Below, in pieces: positions 1 through 12,677 of a stretch of 32,000 nt of DNA (positions within the stretch are counted from its first letter, which is position 1; each line of letters starts with the position of its first letter). Source of the DNA: Speluncibacter jeojiensis (GTDB lineage: Bacteria; Actinomycetota; Actinomycetes; Mycobacteriales; Mycobacteriaceae); assembly GCF_029589495.1 (NCBI RefSeq), contig NZ_JAAIVF010000002.1:696353-728352 (forward strand), read 5' to 3'. The notes beneath the pieces were generated by a model. It was not told the DNA's origin and made no database searches. It saw only the letters and a program-made list of their open reading frames with translations. The position numbers were made by a program, and so were the translations under genes.

Positions 1-737
1 TCCGCTACCCCTCGCTGACCGTCATGCTGGTCGGGATGCCGGTGGTGTTCCTGCTGCTGTTCGTCTACGTCTTCGGCGGCACGCTCGGCGCCGGCCTGGG
101 CACCGCCGCGGACGGCGCCACCGGTCGGGCCGCCTACGTCGATTTCCTCGCGCCGGCGATCCTGGTGATGACGATCGCATCGGCCGTACAGGGCACCTCG
201 ATTTCGGTGGCGTCCGACATGACCACCGGCATCATCGCCCGGTTCCGCACCATGGCGATCAGCCGCACGGCGGTGCTCACCGGGCACGTCGTCGGCAGCG
301 TGATCCAGACGCTGCTCGCCATGTCCGTGGTGCTCGCGGTTGCGCTCGCGGTCGGCTTCCGGCCCGCTGTCGGCATCGACGGCTGGCTCGGCGCGATCGG
401 GCTGCTGGTCGCGTTCACGGTGTCGCTCACCTGGCTGTCGGTGGCGTTCGGTCTGGTCGCGAAGTCCGTCGAGACGGCCAGCAACCTGCCGATGATCCTG
501 CTGCTACTGCCGTTCCTGGGCAGCGCATTCGTCCCGGTCGACTCGATGCCGACCGCGCTGCGGTGGTTTGCCGAGTATCAGCCGTTCACCCCGGTCATCG
601 ACACCGTCCGCGGACTACTGGTCGACCGACCGGTCGACGGCACCACCTCCGTCCTGGCCATCGCCTGGTGCGTGGCCATCGGTGTGGGCGGATACCTCTG
701 GGCGAGACGACTGTTCGCCCGCACCCCCGTACGCTGA
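1..737 (+). CDS. ABC-2 type transporter permease (5' end lies upstream of the window)
   Basis: The frame is open from the window edge to the stop at 735-737. The sequence is polytopic and Gly/Ala/Leu/Val-rich with about 6 hydrophobic helices, typical of DrrB/ABC-2 permeases. The strong GC3 bias fits real coding sequence. Confidence 0.7.
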   Translation, partial: RYPSLTVMLVGMPVVFLLLFVYVFGGTLGAGLGTAADGATGRAAYVDFLAPAILVMTIASAVQGTSISVASDMTTGIIARFRTMAISRTAVLTGHVVGSVIQTLLAMSVVLAVALAVGFRPAVGIDGWLGAIGLLVAFTVSLTWLSVAFGLVAKSVETASNLPMILLLLPFLGSAFVPVDSMPTALRWFAEYQPFTPVIDTVRGLLVDRPVDGTTSVLAIAWCVAIGVGGYLWARRLFARTPVR

Positions 738-792
738 ACCCGATCACCACGCTCGAGACGTCCGAACCCTCGTGACCTACGAAAGGCACCCA

Positions 793-2940
793 ATGTTCGC
801 TCGACTGGCGCGCGTCGTCGTGCATCATCCCTGGCGGGTGATCGGCGTGTGGCTCATCGCCGCGATCGCCGTGATCGCCCTGGCCCCCAAACTGACCGCC
901 ACCACCGACGAGGCATCGTTTCTGCCGAGTCACTACGAGTCGATCCAGGCCATGAACCTGCAGGAGCAGGCCTTCCCGCACGCCGAGTCGCCCGCCGCGA
1001 TCGTGGTCGTCGAGCGCAGCGACGGCGCCCGGCTGACCCCGGCCGACACCGCGAAGGTAGGCGCGATCGCCGAATCTCTCGACGCCGCACACGTTCCGGC
1101 CGTCACCGCGGTGCAGGCCGGGCCGCCGTCGCCGAACGGGCTCATCCAGACCATCGGCATCCAGATGGTGAAGGTCGACAGTCCGACCGACAAGTCCCAG
1201 CAGGATGCGGTCAAGACGCTGCGCACGGATCTGCAGGATCAGTTGCGCGGCACCGACCTCAAGGCCGGCATCACCGGCTCGGCCGCGCAGGCGCTCGACC
1301 AGTCGTCGTCGGGCAACAAGGCGGAGGCGATCATCGCGATCGCCACCATCGTGCTGATCCTCGGCCTGCTGCTGATCATCTTCCGCAGCCCCGTCATCGC
1401 ATTGCTGCCGGTGATCGTGATCGGGGCGATCTCGCAGATCGCAACCGGCCTGATCGCCACCGTGAGCAAGCTGTTCGACCTGAAGATCGACAGCTCGGTC
1501 ACCTCGATGCTGATCGTCGTGCTGTTCGGCGTCGGCACCGACTACATCCTGTTCCTGATGTTCCGCTACCGCGAGCGGTTGCGGGACGGCGACGACCCGA
1601 AGACCGCGATGATCGCCTCGGTCACCCGGGTGGGCGAGGCGATCACCTCCGCGGCCGGCGCGGTGATCATCGCGTTCCTCGCGCTGACACTGTCGACGCT
1701 GGGGTTGTTCCGGGCGCTCGGCCCCGCGCTGGCGATCGCCGTCGCGGTGACCCTGCTGGCCGGACTCACGCTGATTCCCGCGGTGGTCTCACTGCTCGGT
1801 ACCAAGGTCTTCTGGCCGTCGAAGTCGTGGCGGCGCGAGCCGACCGGCGCCCGCTTCGCCGCGCTCGGATCGATCCTGGGCAAGCATCCGGGGCGGGTCG
1901 CGATCGCCTCCGGTGGGGTCATGGCGGTGCTGGCCATCGCTGCGTTCGGTTTCCAGCCGACCTTCGACCTGTCGGCGGGGTCGACGGCGTCCTCGGCCGA
2001 GTCGACCGTCTACGCCAAGGAACTGCTCAAGGGCCTGCCCGCCGGCGCGACCGAGCCGACCCAGGTGTTCCTGCGTTCGGACGACGGCGCACCGCTGTCC
2101 GAGGGCGACCTCGTGCGGTACCACGACACGCTGGCCGGGGTGTCCGGCGTCGGGCAGGTCACGCCGCCGCTGCTGTCCGAGCACAGGGACGTCGCGGAGT
2201 TCCGGGTGAGCCTGAGCGACTCGCCGGAGTCCAACGCGGCCATCGACACCGTCAGCGGCCCACTGCGCACCGCGGCGCACGACGCGGCGCCGTCCGGCAC
2301 GTCCGCGCTGGTCGGCGGCATCACCGCCGTCTACGCCGACATCCAGTCGGCGGTCAACCACGACTACACCGTCGTGTTCCCCGTCGCGGCCGTACTGATC
2401 ATGATCATCCTCGCGGTGATGCTCCGCAGCCTCGTCGCACCGTGGTACTTGATGGCCTCGGTCGGACTGGGCTTCGGTGCCACCCTCGGCGCGACCGTGC
2501 TGGTGTTCCAGCACATCCGCGGGGAACCCGGCCTGATCTTCATGCTGCCGGTGATCATGTACCTGTTCGTGGTCGCGCTCGGCACCGACTACAACATCCT
2601 GATGATCGCCCGGCTGCGCGAGGAGGCACGCGAGGGGCGCAATCCGCGCGACGCGGCGGCGATGGCGGTGCGACACGCAGGCCCGACGGTCGCCGCCGCC
2701 GGCGTGATCCTGGCCGGCACGTTCGCGTCGATGATGCTCGCGGGCAACACCACGCTCTCGCAGATGGGCTTCGCCATCTCGATCGGCATCGTGATCGCGG
2801 CGTTCGTGATGGCGCTGTTCTTCACGCCGGCGATCACCGCGTTGATCGGTCACGCCGCCTGGTGGCCCGGGCACCGTGACCGCTCGGACCCGGACGACGC
2901 ACCGGAGCAGGAGCGCACGGCGGTGCCGACCGGCTCGTAG
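793..2940 (+). CDS. MMPL-family (RND-type) membrane transporter, about 715 aa
   Basis: ATG at 793 follows GAAAGG; the track ORF from 568 is an unsupported N-terminal extension. There are two hydrophobic 6-TM blocks separated by soluble domains. The MMPL hallmark appears twice: GVGTDYILFLMFRYRE and ALGTDYNILMIARLREE. Confidence 0.85.
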   Translation: MFARLARVVVHHPWRVIGVWLIAAIAVIALAPKLTATTDEASFLPSHYESIQAMNLQEQAFPHAESPAAIVVVERSDGARLTPADTAKVGAIAESLDAAHVPAVTAVQAGPPSPNGLIQTIGIQMVKVDSPTDKSQQDAVKTLRTDLQDQLRGTDLKAGITGSAAQALDQSSSGNKAEAIIAIATIVLILGLLLIIFRSPVIALLPVIVIGAISQIATGLIATVSKLFDLKIDSSVTSMLIVVLFGVGTDYILFLMFRYRERLRDGDDPKTAMIASVTRVGEAITSAAGAVIIAFLALTLSTLGLFRALGPALAIAVAVTLLAGLTLIPAVVSLLGTKVFWPSKSWRREPTGARFAALGSILGKHPGRVAIASGGVMAVLAIAAFGFQPTFDLSAGSTASSAESTVYAKELLKGLPAGATEPTQVFLRSDDGAPLSEGDLVRYHDTLAGVSGVGQVTPPLLSEHRDVAEFRVSLSDSPESNAAIDTVSGPLRTAAHDAAPSGTSALVGGITAVYADIQSAVNHDYTVVFPVAAVLIMIILAVMLRSLVAPWYLMASVGLGFGATLGATVLVFQHIRGEPGLIFMLPVIMYLFVVALGTDYNILMIARLREEAREGRNPRDAAAMAVRHAGPTVAAAGVILAGTFASMMLAGNTTLSQMGFAISIGIVIAAFVMALFFTPAITALIGHAAWWPGHRDRSDPDDAPEQERTAVPTGS

Positions 2941-2943
2941 ACG

Positions 2944-2993
2944 CAGACACGTCAGCCCCCGACCGCATCGGCGGTCGGGGGCTGACGTGTCTG
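2944..2993. terminator. Perfect 23-bp stem / 4-nt loop hairpin between convergent genes (bidirectional terminator candidate)
   Basis: CAGACACGTCAGCCCCCGACCGC (2944-2966), loop ATCG, then the exact reverse complement at 2971-2993. It sits 4 nt after the MMPL stop and 16 nt after the rpf stop. Confidence 0.7.
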
Positions 2994-3008
2994 TTCAGGA
3001 AGCGGGCG

Positions 3009-3350
3009 TCAGAGGTACGCGCCGCAAACCGGCCAGGCGCCGGGGCCCTGCGCGGCCAGCACGTTCTCGGCCACGGCGATCTGCTCGGACTTCGAGGCGT
3101 TGGCTGGCGAGCCGCTGCCTCCGTAGGCGGCCCAGGTGCTGGGGCTGAACTGCAGCCCGCCCGAGTACCCGTTGCCCGAGTCGATGCTCCAGTTGCCACT
3201 GCTCTCGCACTGCGCGACGGCGTCCCAGTCGTGGGCGCTGGCGGTGCCGGTCATCAGGCCCATCGGGATGAGGGCCAGCGCGCCGGTGGCGGCGACGAGG
3301 CCGAGGGTCTTCTTCGCCTTGGTGGCCTTGAACACACGGTTCGGGGTCAT
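3009..3350 (-). CDS. Resuscitation-promoting factor (Rpf) family secreted transglycosylase-like protein, 113 aa
   Basis: N-terminal signal/anchor (KKTLGLVAATGALALIPMGLMTGTASA), followed by the Rpf domain signature DWDAVAQCESSGNWSIDSGNGYSGGLQFSPSTWAAYGG. Confidence 0.9.
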   Translation of the reverse strand: MTPNRVFKATKAKKTLGLVAATGALALIPMGLMTGTASAHDWDAVAQCESSGNWSIDSGNGYSGGLQFSPSTWAAYGGSGSPANASKSEQIAVAENVLAAQGPGAWPVCGAYL

Positions 3351-3384
3351 CTAGGTAGTCCTTTCGCACCCGCTGACGAGATCT

Positions 3385-3560
3385 GCGTCTGGTGGCGGCC
3401 CACAGCGGGCCCATCACCGCGCTCGGTCGTGATGACCTCGCCCCTGCCCGTTCGTCTCCGGTTACGGGTATCGGATCCGCGGGCAGGTTCAGAAAGCGGC
3501 GGTCCGACAGTGGCTCTGGTTGCTGAGCCGGGATCGACACTACGGAGCTTTACTGCGACG
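3385..3560 (-). promoter_or_regulatory. Structured 5' leader of rpf; candidate ydaO/c-di-AMP-type riboswitch
   Basis: About 200 nt of untranslated leader lies upstream of the rpf ATG. On the minus strand there are two related segments: GAUCCCGGCUCAGCAACC (3535-3518) and GAUCCGAUACCCGUAACC (3477-3460). Local helices include GGCUC/GAGCC and CCCGU/ACGGG, plus a terminal GGCCC/GGGCC hairpin (3391-3420). The CCCG..GAUCCGA..C.UAACC pattern resembles my recollection of the ydaO 3' half. No covariance model was run. Confidence 0.35.
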
Positions 3561-3896
3561 TCAAACCCGGACAGCTGTCCCACAATGCGTCCACATCGTG
3601 AGACTTCTACCCGCATTTCTGCAGGTCATCGCCGACTGACGGTCGCCGGGTGACCGTCTCGTGACCTTATCGTGATGTGATGATGCTCACCGGAAAATCG
3701 GACATTTCACCCGCATTTTCGGGTACTCGGAACGCGCCGCCGGGCGCTTTTCGCCTCTGCCCGAGACGAACTCGATCTTGTACACCCTCCGTGCACCGCC
3801 CCGTCCGCGCACCTGCGCCGAATCCGGTCGCGATTCCCCGTCGGCGACGGTCCCTCGCTCGTAAAATTGCCGGACGGCGGGAGAAAGGCGACGTCC

Positions 3897-5279
3897 ATGA
3901 CCGGTGACGCGTTCGACCTGCGGCAGCTGCTGGAGGCTCACCGCGACGACGGCTACGCGCTGCATGCGCAGTACATGAACCCCCAGCTCCCGCGCATGCT
4001 GCACGCCATCGGGTTCGACAAGACCTACGTGCGCGGGCAAGGCGCGTATCTCTACGACGCCCAGGGAACCGCCTACCTCGACATGCTGGCGGGCTTCGGC
4101 GTCTACGCCCTCGGCCGCCATCACCCGGTGGTCCGCCGCGCGCTGCACGACGTCCTCGACGCCGAGCTGTCCGACCTCACCCAGTTCGACTGCGCGCCAC
4201 TCCCCGGCCTGCTCGCACAGGCGCTGGCCGCCAAGACACCGCACCTGGACCGCGTCTACTTCGGCAACAGCGGCACCGAGGCGGTCGAGGCCGCGCTCAA
4301 GTTCGCCCGCCACGCCACCGGCCGACCACGAATCGTCTACTGCGATCACGCCTATCACGGCCTGACCGTCGGGTCACTGTCGATCAACGGCGCCGAGGAG
4401 TTCCGCGGCGGCTTCGGTCCGCTGTTGCCGGACACCGCGATCGCCTACGGCGACCTCGCCGCGCTCGAAGTCGAGCTGCGGCGCGGCGACGTCGCGGCGT
4501 TCGTCGTCGAACCGATACAGGGCAAGGGGGTCGCCGTTCCGCCAGCCGGATTCCTCAGGGCCGCAGGCGAGCTCGCCCACCGGCACGGCGCACTCCTGAT
4601 CGCGGACGAGGTGCAGACCGGGATCGGCCGCACCGGCGACTTCTTCGCCTATCTCGACGACGGCGCCGCACCCGACATCGTCACCGTGGCCAAGGCACTG
4701 TCCGGCGGCTACGTCCCGGTCGGCGCGATGATCTCCTCCACCGCGATCTTCGAGAAGGTGTACTCCTCGATGGACCGGGTCCTGGTGCACGACTCCACCT
4801 TCGGGTCCAACGCCCAGGCGATGGCCGCGGGCCTGGCCACCCTGCACGTGATGGAGAACGAGGCGGTCGTCGACAACGCGCGCAAGGTCGGCGACCAATT
4901 ACGTTCGCGGCTGGCCGAATTGGTGGACCGTTACGAGATGCTCGCGGACGTGCGCGGACGCGGGCTGATGATCGGCATCGAATTCGGCCGCCCCAGTTCA
5001 TGGAAGTTGCGCAGCAGTTGGACCGCGTTGCAGAGTGCCCGCCACGGATTGTTCGCGCAGACCATCGTGCATGCGCTGTTCCACCGTCACCGGGTCCTCA
5101 CCCAGGTCTCCGGCGACAACATGGAGGTCATCAAGCTGATCCCGCCGCTGACCATCGGCGAGGCGGAGGTCGACCGGTTCGTCGCCGCGTTCGTCGACGT
5201 CATGGAGGAGGCGCACCGCAGCACCGCGCTGATGCGCGACTTCGGCCGGACGCTGATCACCCAGGCGATGAAGCGGTAG
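3897..5279 (+). CDS. Class-III (acetylornithine/ornithine/GABA-type) PLP-dependent aminotransferase, 460 aa
   Basis: ATG at 3897 is preceded by GGGAGAAAGG (3879-3888); the track start at 3867 is a TTG without an RBS. Motifs seen: GNSGTEAVEAALKFAR, ADEVQTGIGRTG, and the PLP-lysine region DIVTVAKALSGGYVPVGA. Confidence 0.85.
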   Translation: MTGDAFDLRQLLEAHRDDGYALHAQYMNPQLPRMLHAIGFDKTYVRGQGAYLYDAQGTAYLDMLAGFGVYALGRHHPVVRRALHDVLDAELSDLTQFDCAPLPGLLAQALAAKTPHLDRVYFGNSGTEAVEAALKFARHATGRPRIVYCDHAYHGLTVGSLSINGAEEFRGGFGPLLPDTAIAYGDLAALEVELRRGDVAAFVVEPIQGKGVAVPPAGFLRAAGELAHRHGALLIADEVQTGIGRTGDFFAYLDDGAAPDIVTVAKALSGGYVPVGAMISSTAIFEKVYSSMDRVLVHDSTFGSNAQAMAAGLATLHVMENEAVVDNARKVGDQLRSRLAELVDRYEMLADVRGRGLMIGIEFGRPSSWKLRSSWTALQSARHGLFAQTIVHALFHRHRVLTQVSGDNMEVIKLIPPLTIGEAEVDRFVAAFVDVMEEAHRSTALMRDFGRTLITQAMKR

Positions 5280-5282
5280 GCC

Positions 5283-5531
5283 TCAGTTCTCGGGTTCGAT
5301 CTCGTCGTCGTCGCGGAAGACCAGCGCGCCGTCGTCGAGCATGACCGCCCAGTGCTTGGCGATGGCCCAGTCCCGGCCGAAGTCCGAGGCGTCGCTCTCG
5401 GCGGCCGCCTGGTACTCGTCGACGATCTTGCCGGACTTGGGTGGCCATTTGTCCTCGGGCACATCGGGATCTGCCGAGTACCGGGTGGTCACCCGCGAGC
5501 CCACCGCCAAGCGATCCGACGCAGACGCCAT
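5283..5531 (-). CDS. Small acidic hypothetical protein, 82 aa
   Basis: ATG at 5531 is preceded by GGGAGG with a 6-nt spacer. Codon bias fits coding sequence. I do not recognise the family. Confidence 0.55.
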   Translation of the reverse strand: MASASDRLAVGSRVTTRYSADPDVPEDKWPPKSGKIVDEYQAAAESDASDFGRDWAIAKHWAVMLDDGALVFRDDDEIEPEN

Positions 5532-5684
5532 GGCGCACCTCCCACCTGGACGCTCGCCGACCGCAGGACGCCATCGGCGCGTGCCACATCATCCGACTTC
5601 TGCAGTATGGCCCCGGCGGTGCTCGCGCGCGCGGCGAAAGCCCACCGCAGGCGACGAAGATCCCAGAAGTCCGATTCGCGCCCG

Positions 5685-6059
5685 CTACAGGTAAGGGCGG
5701 GTGATCAGCTCGATCCCGTGCCCGGCGGGATCCTTGAAGTAGACGCCGCGGCCCCCGTGTTCGGTGTTCGTCTGCCCCGCCAACTGCATCTGCGGGTCGG
5801 CCCAGTGCTCGATGCCGTCGTCGCAGAGTCGACGGTAGGCCCGGTCGAACAGGTCGTCGTCGACCAGGAAGGCGTAGTGCTGCATCTGGATCTCCACCGG
5901 AGGCTCGGCGAACTGCAGCAGTACGCCGTCGACGAGTCGGATGTTCGTGAACGGCCCCCACGACGGTGCGGGCGACAGTTCGAGCAGGTCGCGATAGAAA
6001 CGGGCGGATCGCTCGCGGTCACGACTGGCGATGATGGTGTGGTTGAAGGTGGCGGCCAT
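5685..6059 (-). CDS. VOC (glyoxalase/bleomycin-resistance/dioxygenase) family protein, 124 aa
   Basis: Internal ATG at 6059 (MAATFNHTII...) is preceded by GAGGAG; the track start at 6116 lacks an RBS. The pattern (FNHTIIASRD...FYRDLL...HYAFLV...YFKDPAGHGIEL) is typical of the VOC beta-alpha-beta-beta-beta fold. Confidence 0.8.
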   Translation of the reverse strand: MAATFNHTIIASRDRERSARFYRDLLELSPAPSWGPFTNIRLVDGVLLQFAEPPVEIQMQHYAFLVDDDLFDRAYRRLCDDGIEHWADPQMQLAGQTNTEHGGRGVYFKDPAGHGIELITRPYL

Positions 6060-6326
6060 GAAGGCTCCTCGCTGGGTTCGATCGGGGGATGGATGGACGG
6101 GCATGTCTGAGCGCACGCGCGTCGGTGGTCCCCGAATCGGATGCGGGCGGTGTGCCGCCCGGCTGCGCGGGATCAGCCCTCCACCGGATTGCCCCTCTGT
6201 GAGTGGCGCGAAGCCAACGGTCCGGTGTCCACGAGGAATACGGTAGCGGCATCGATACGAGCACGCGAGAGATCGTGCGGGGCCCGTACATTACCGACGA
6301 GTAGGGCGCGACGAGAGGCAGGCGAC

Positions 6327-7331
6327 ATGGGCGAGACGTTTTCGGCAATGGTGATCCGCGAGTGCGAGGGCGGCGGCACGGCGTATGCGCCCGAGACCGT
6401 CGACGAGAACTTCCTGCCCGCCGGCGAGGTGACGATCCGGGTGGAGTATTCGAGTGCCAACTACAAGGACGCGCTGGCGCTCGACCCGCGCGGCGGGGTC
6501 GCGCGCGGATATCCGCTGGTGCCGGGCATCGACCTGGCAGGCGAGGTCGTCGCGTCCGACAGTCCCGACTTTGCCCCCGGCGACCGGGTGCTGGCCCACG
6601 GCTACGACATCGGTACCGGCCGGCACGGCGGCTACGCGGAGTCGACCCGGGTGCCCGCCGAGCAGGTGGTTGCGCTCGGCGACCTCAGCGCCCGCGACGC
6701 GATGGCGCTCGGCACTGCCGGGTTCACCGCGGCGATGAGCGTGCAGGCGCTGCTGAGCCGCGGCCTGACCCCCGATTCGGGTCCGGTGCTGGTGACCGGT
6801 GCCAGCGGCGGGGTCGGCAGTGTCGCCGTCGACCTGCTCGCGGCGGCCGGGTTCGAGGTCGTCGCGTCGACCGGGAAGCCGCAGGCCACCGAGTTGCTGA
6901 CGGGGCTGGGCGCGGCGCGGGTGATCGGTCGGCTGCCGGAGGATCCCGACGCCAAGATCCGGCCGATGGGCAAGCAGCAGTGGGCCGCCGCGGTCGACTG
7001 CGTCGGCGGTACGACGCTGGCGTACGTGCTGTCCACCATCGACTACGGCGGTGCGGTGGCGGCCAGCGGCCTCACCGGCGGTGCGGCGCTGCCGACGACC
7101 GTGCTGCCGTTCATCCTGCGCGGCATCTCGCTGCTGGGAATCGACTCCGTTCAGCTCGACATCGCGAGCCGCCGCGCGCTGTGGGTCCGACTCGGCACCG
7201 ATCTTCGGCCGCAGCATCTTTCGGACGTCATCTCGGAGGTCGCGGCCGTCGACACCCCCGCGGTGCTCGACGACATCCGGGGCGGGCGGCACACCGGCCG
7301 CGCGGTCGTGCGCGTCGCGGGGGGGTTCTGA
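6327..7331 (+). CDS. MDR-superfamily NADPH:quinone/acrylyl-CoA reductase-like oxidoreductase (YhdH/AcuI subfamily), 334 aa
   Basis: ATG at 6327 follows GAGAGG. The subfamily motif YSSANYKDALAL is present, along with the nucleotide-binding motif VLVTGASGGVGSVAVDLL. The track ORF from 6141 is an N-terminal over-extension. Confidence 0.85.
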   Translation: MGETFSAMVIRECEGGGTAYAPETVDENFLPAGEVTIRVEYSSANYKDALALDPRGGVARGYPLVPGIDLAGEVVASDSPDFAPGDRVLAHGYDIGTGRHGGYAESTRVPAEQVVALGDLSARDAMALGTAGFTAAMSVQALLSRGLTPDSGPVLVTGASGGVGSVAVDLLAAAGFEVVASTGKPQATELLTGLGAARVIGRLPEDPDAKIRPMGKQQWAAAVDCVGGTTLAYVLSTIDYGGAVAASGLTGGAALPTTVLPFILRGISLLGIDSVQLDIASRRALWVRLGTDLRPQHLSDVISEVAAVDTPAVLDDIRGGRHTGRAVVRVAGGF

Positions 7332-7335
7332 GAAG

Positions 7336-7357
7336 GGCTCCGGACCGGGTCCGAGCC
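7336..7357. terminator. GC-rich hairpin between convergent genes
   Basis: GGCTCCGGAC / GTCCGAGCC form about 9 bp with one bulge and a 3-nt loop. The hairpin starts 5 nt after the oxidoreductase stop (7329-7331) and lies 33 nt from the flavodoxin-like gene stop. Confidence 0.4.
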
Positions 7358-7389
7358 GGCTCCGACAGCCGCCGCGACCGGCGCCGAGT

Positions 7390-7923
7390 TCAGCGGGCGA
7401 CGGCCGCGTCGCCGGACGTTTCCAGCCGCGACAGCTGCCAAGCGATCGACACCGCCCAGGTGTCCACCCTCGCGACGGTGCCGTCTTCGACCCGGCGGCC
7501 GTGGGACATCGCGGCGAGCAGCCGTTCGCGTCGGTACGCACGCGGCGCGTCGAGCCGTCCGGTGAAGACCCGGTGATCGCGCGCACCGATCATGTCGCGG
7601 ATCCGTTCGCCGTCCGCGCACCTGCTTGCGGGCGTGGGGATGTCGTCGCCGGAGCCGCAGGAGAACAGCCACGTCGGGACGGTGTCCAGGGTGTCGGCGT
7701 TTGCGGCGACGAAGGTCCGCGCCGAGCGCGTCCACCTGCCCATGTAGACGGCGCTGCCGAGGATCACCGCGTCGTATCCGTCCAGGCCGTGCACCTCGTC
7801 GAGCCTGCGGACGTCGACGGTGGCCCGCGTACCGGACAGTTGCACGCGGAGCGCGGCGCCGAGCCGCTCGGCGATCTCGGACGACGAACCGTATCGTGCT
7901 GCAGCCGTTACGAGAATCCTCAT
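7390..7923 (-). CDS. Flavodoxin-like fold protein (HemG/flavodoxin-domain family), about 177 aa
   Basis: MRILVTAAARYGSSSEIAERLG... followed by YDAVILGSAVYMGRW is typical of long flavodoxin-domain proteins. ATG at 7923 lies 7 nt after GAGGAGG; GTG codons at 7929 and 7926 are alternative starts. Confidence 0.75.
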   Translation of the reverse strand: MRILVTAAARYGSSSEIAERLGAALRVQLSGTRATVDVRRLDEVHGLDGYDAVILGSAVYMGRWTRSARTFVAANADTLDTVPTWLFSCGSGDDIPTPASRCADGERIRDMIGARDHRVFTGRLDAPRAYRRERLLAAMSHGRRVEDGTVARVDTWAVSIAWQLSRLETSGDAAVAR

Positions 7924-7988
7924 CACCACGCCTCCTCGAAAGCCGTCCTGCTAACCTCCGAGAGTGGTCCCCACCGCGCGGTCGGGGT

Positions 7989-8004
7989 AGGGCCTTTCGG
8001 CCCC
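7989..8004 (-). terminator. Small GNRA-loop hairpin just downstream of dosS
   Basis: On the minus-strand RNA: GGGGCC-GAAA-GGCCCU, i.e. 5 GC pairs plus a G-U, located 13 nt after the dosS stop. There is no U tract, so the function (terminator or processing site) is uncertain. Confidence 0.25.
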
Positions 8005-8016
8005 TGATCCTGCAGA

Positions 8017-9771
<1,755 letters not shown>

Positions 9772-9803
9772 TCACGGCCGGCGGCGTCTCGACAGGAGGC
9801 GCG

Positions 9804-12611
<2,808 letters not shown>

Positions 12612-12614
12612 CCG

Positions 12615-12633
12615 GACCTCTGGGACAGGGGTC
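12615..12633 (+). terminator. Hairpin immediately after acn
   Basis: GACCUCUG-GGA-CAGGGGUC forms 8 bp including one G-U, followed by UUCC. It starts 4 nt after the acn stop. Confidence 0.4.
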
Positions 12634-12677
12634 TTCCGCCCCTACCGCGGCGCGCGTGGCGGGGTGATTCTCGAAGC

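Noticed and set aside
3677-3907. A 76-aa plus-strand ORF and a 223-aa minus-strand ORF (3687-4358) in or next to the rpf/aminotransferase intergenic region.
   Set aside because: Neither has an RBS. Their composition is Arg/Pro-rich and low-complexity, and both overlap the aminotransferase start region. They are better explained as noncoding leader or promoter DNA and a shadow frame.
793-5279. The MMPL transporter and the class-III aminotransferase read as distal hopanoid accessory genes (HpnN-like exporter and HpnO-like aminotransferase).
   Set aside because: Both belong to very broad families. They lie more than 10 kb from the operon, with unrelated genes and opposite-strand units in between. 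The MMPL protein (715 aa) is shorter than the HpnN proteins I recall. A phylogenetic placement I cannot perform would be needed to settle this.
12618-12637. A DosR-box-like palindrome, GGGAC-AGGG-GTCTT, upstream of the acg homolog.
   Set aside because: It matches the 20-bp DosR consensus at only about 10 of 20 positions. The dyad is better explained as the acn terminator hairpin (12615-12633, followed by TTCC). I cannot exclude a dual role, but the sequence alone does not support calling it a DosR box.
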